Assembly (NCBI RefSeq): GCF_009914755.1
Contig: NC_060929.1
Direction: 5' to 3' (one strand)
Origin: the human T2T-CHM13v2.0 reference genome, Homo sapiens
DNA length: 64,000 bases
Below are positions 60,673 to 64,000 of the stretch, one piece after another; within the stretch, counting starts at the first letter, position 1; every line of letters begins with the position of its first letter. Made by a program: the position numbers and the translations under genes. A model generated the notes under the pieces. The model ran no database searches, was not told the DNA's origin, and saw only the letters and a list, made by a program, of their open reading frames with translations.

Positions 60673-61123
60673 TCAGACCCCTGTCCCCCTACCCCTGTGT
60701 CTCTTGGGGATCACAGCTCCATCACTACCACCTGCCAGGCCAAGGGCATACTGGAACCTTCCGGCAGCCAAGGGCTCTGTGTTCTCCCCCAGGCTCCCAG
60801 CGTCACGTGGCTGATGCTCCAGGCTGCTCAAGTCCCGTGTGGGTTCCTCACTCTGAAATCCTCCCGCACCCAAGCATGGGGGCGTCTCCCTAGTAGTGAC
60901 CTGGTCCCTTTCTCCCACCCTCTTCTTGGAGTAGCTCATTTCTTCTGAGGGGTCTGCACCTCGTCATCGTCCCCAACCCAACACCCGCCCTCTTCCCACT
61001 TCCCTCCATCTCCCCTGGGCCTCTCACCTCCCAGCAGCGTGCCCTTCCCCTACTCCTGCAGCCCACGCAGTGACCGGCTGCCTCGCTCCTCAAGCCCAGC
61101 TTTCTCCCTCCAGCCCCCCAGCA

Positions 61124-61523
61124 GTGGTCTGGCCCTAACTTCCCTGCCCCACCCTGCATGGTGGTCCCCGCCACCCCCACGTGGTGATCCGGCCTTAACC
61201 CCGTCACCCCATCCCTACTGGGTGGTCCTGCCCTAACCCCACCACCCCCATCCCTGCGAGGTGGTCCGGCCGTAACCCCCTCCCCCCATCCCCACGCGGT
61301 GGTCTGGCCCTAACCCTGTCACCGCATCCCTAGGGGGGTGGTCCGGCCCTAAACCCGTCCCCCTCATCGCGGTGCCATGGTCCGGCCCTAACCCTTTGTC
61401 CCCCCCATCCCCACAGGGTGGTCTGGTCCTAACCCCCCCCCAATCCTCACGCGGTGGTCTGGCCCTAACTCCCTCCCCCCAATCCCCGCAGGGTGGTCTG
61501 GCCCTAACCGCTCCCGCATCCCT
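61124..61523. repeat. Degenerate ~39-bp tandem array (about 9 regular + 2 partial units), consensus ~GTGGTCYGGCCCTAACCCYNTCCCCCCATCCCYACRSG
   Basis: Unit starts at 61184, 61222, 61261, 61299, 61338, 61377, 61418, 61454 and 61493. Confidence 0.9.
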
Positions 61524-62260
61524 CGCCTGCACAGTGGGCAGTCTGGCGCCTGTGGCGTCGTGTTTGCTGAGGGCCCGGCTGCCGTTGACTGAGGCTGCGA
61601 TGGCGGCGGCAGGCCGGGGTCGGGAGCAGGACTCGGCGCGCTTCGTCTATGTGACGCGCTTCGGCTCGCATCAGTGCAGTGGCGTCCTGCAACTGGGCGG
61701 CCGTGGAGCTCAAGGCCTTTGGGGTCAGGGGCCTGGGGCAGGCTGTCGCCAGGAGAAGCCGAGGGAAGCAATGGCGGTGGCGGGCGTTCAGGGTGGCAGC
61801 GAGCTGCCCCTCGGTTCCCAGCTCAGGGTCCCCACGACCCCTGGTGTGGAGGCTGCGGCCTCTGCCTCCTCCCAGCTGCGGGCATCGAGAGTTCAGAGCG
61901 GCACCAGACAGTCGGCGCGTGCAGGTGGTGCAGCGGGGCAGGGCGGGACCGGGCGCGGCGGGGCGGGACGGGGCGGAGCGGGCTCAGCTGCTGGGCGCCA
62001 TCTTGCGGCACGCAGGAGGCTGGGGGCAGCTTTCCTGTCAGGCCGTGTTGCGAGCACGCGCAGGGGCGAAGGAGAAGCCCAGTAATTCCCTTCAGAGGGC
62101 CAGCTGTGGCCGGCACGGGCACCTGACATAAGAGGAGAGGTTGTTGAATGGAGCCTTTACGGCCCCCTCACGGAGGCTTTTGGCCTGCGTGTTTCCGTTC
62201 CAGCTGAGTGAGATTCGTTGACTTCGCAAACCCCCTCACCTGGAGGATTGACTTCCGGAT
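61500..62260. promoter_or_regulatory. CpG island / promoter of C5orf47
   Basis: Very GC- and CpG-dense; GGGCGG boxes 61941-61976, YY1-like CGCCATCTT 61996-62004, ETS ACTTCCGG 62251-62258. Confidence 0.8.
61600..61924 (+). CDS. C5orf47: C5orf47 first coding exon, MAAAGRGREQDSARFVYVTRFGSHQCSG...TRQSARA(G)
   Basis: ATG in GCGATGG context at 61600, within ORF 61372..62085; CAG|GTGGTG donor at 61924/61925. N-terminus recognised as C5orf47, the known downstream neighbour of CPEB4. Confidence 0.85.
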
Positions 62261-62461
62261 GCTGTTGAGTCATCCTGGCTAAAAACAGCATGAGCTTTAC
62301 GTTTAAATCAGGAAATGTCTTCAATTCAAAAATTATCCTCCCATAGGTTTTGCATATGTCTTGATCAACTTATTGCTAAATATTTAATCTTCTTTGCTGT
62401 TGTAAATGGGGTTTCTTTTTACGAAATGCCCTCTAAATGCTCACTGTGTATAGGAAGCCAA

Positions 62462-64000
<1,539 letters not shown>

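Noticed and set aside
61124-61523. CRISPR-like repeat/spacer array
   Set aside because: The spacers are homologous to each other, the context is eukaryotic and there are no cas genes; it is a degenerate minisatellite.
61372-62085. 237-aa single-exon ORF
   Set aside because: It starts at a GTG within the tandem array and runs past the splice donor into GC-rich intron. Only 61600-61924 fits the known protein.

Overview
Primate (most likely human) genomic DNA, rich in Alu, L1, L2/MIR and LTR repeats. About 1-34 kb is the 3' part of CPEB4 on the + strand. I read eight spliced coding exons: a 51-nt cassette, the 24-nt neuronal microexon (ARTYGRRR), the exons for two RRMs, and the terminal ZZ zinc-finger exon. 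A long AU-rich 3' UTR follows, with CPE, ARE, miRNA-seed and poly(A) motifs. The intergenic region holds a solo ERV1-type LTR, a G-rich microsatellite, a near full-length degenerate antisense L1PB and nested THE1/MLT2 LTRs. The window ends with the CpG-island promoter and first coding exon of C5orf47. Most ORFs in the supplied track are repeat-derived noise. I found no convincing wholly new gene system. The best unexplained signals are: (i) a TIR-bounded, palindrome-rich ~270-bp element in the CPEB4 3' UTR; (ii) a ~39-bp tandem array upstream of C5orf47 with GLI-like and telomeric CCCTAA motifs; (iii) two inverted local duplications with template-switch signatures; (iv) candidate unannotated splice and poly(A) choices near the CPEB4 microexon and in the last intron. 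Exon numbers and repeat subfamily names come from recall, not from a database search.
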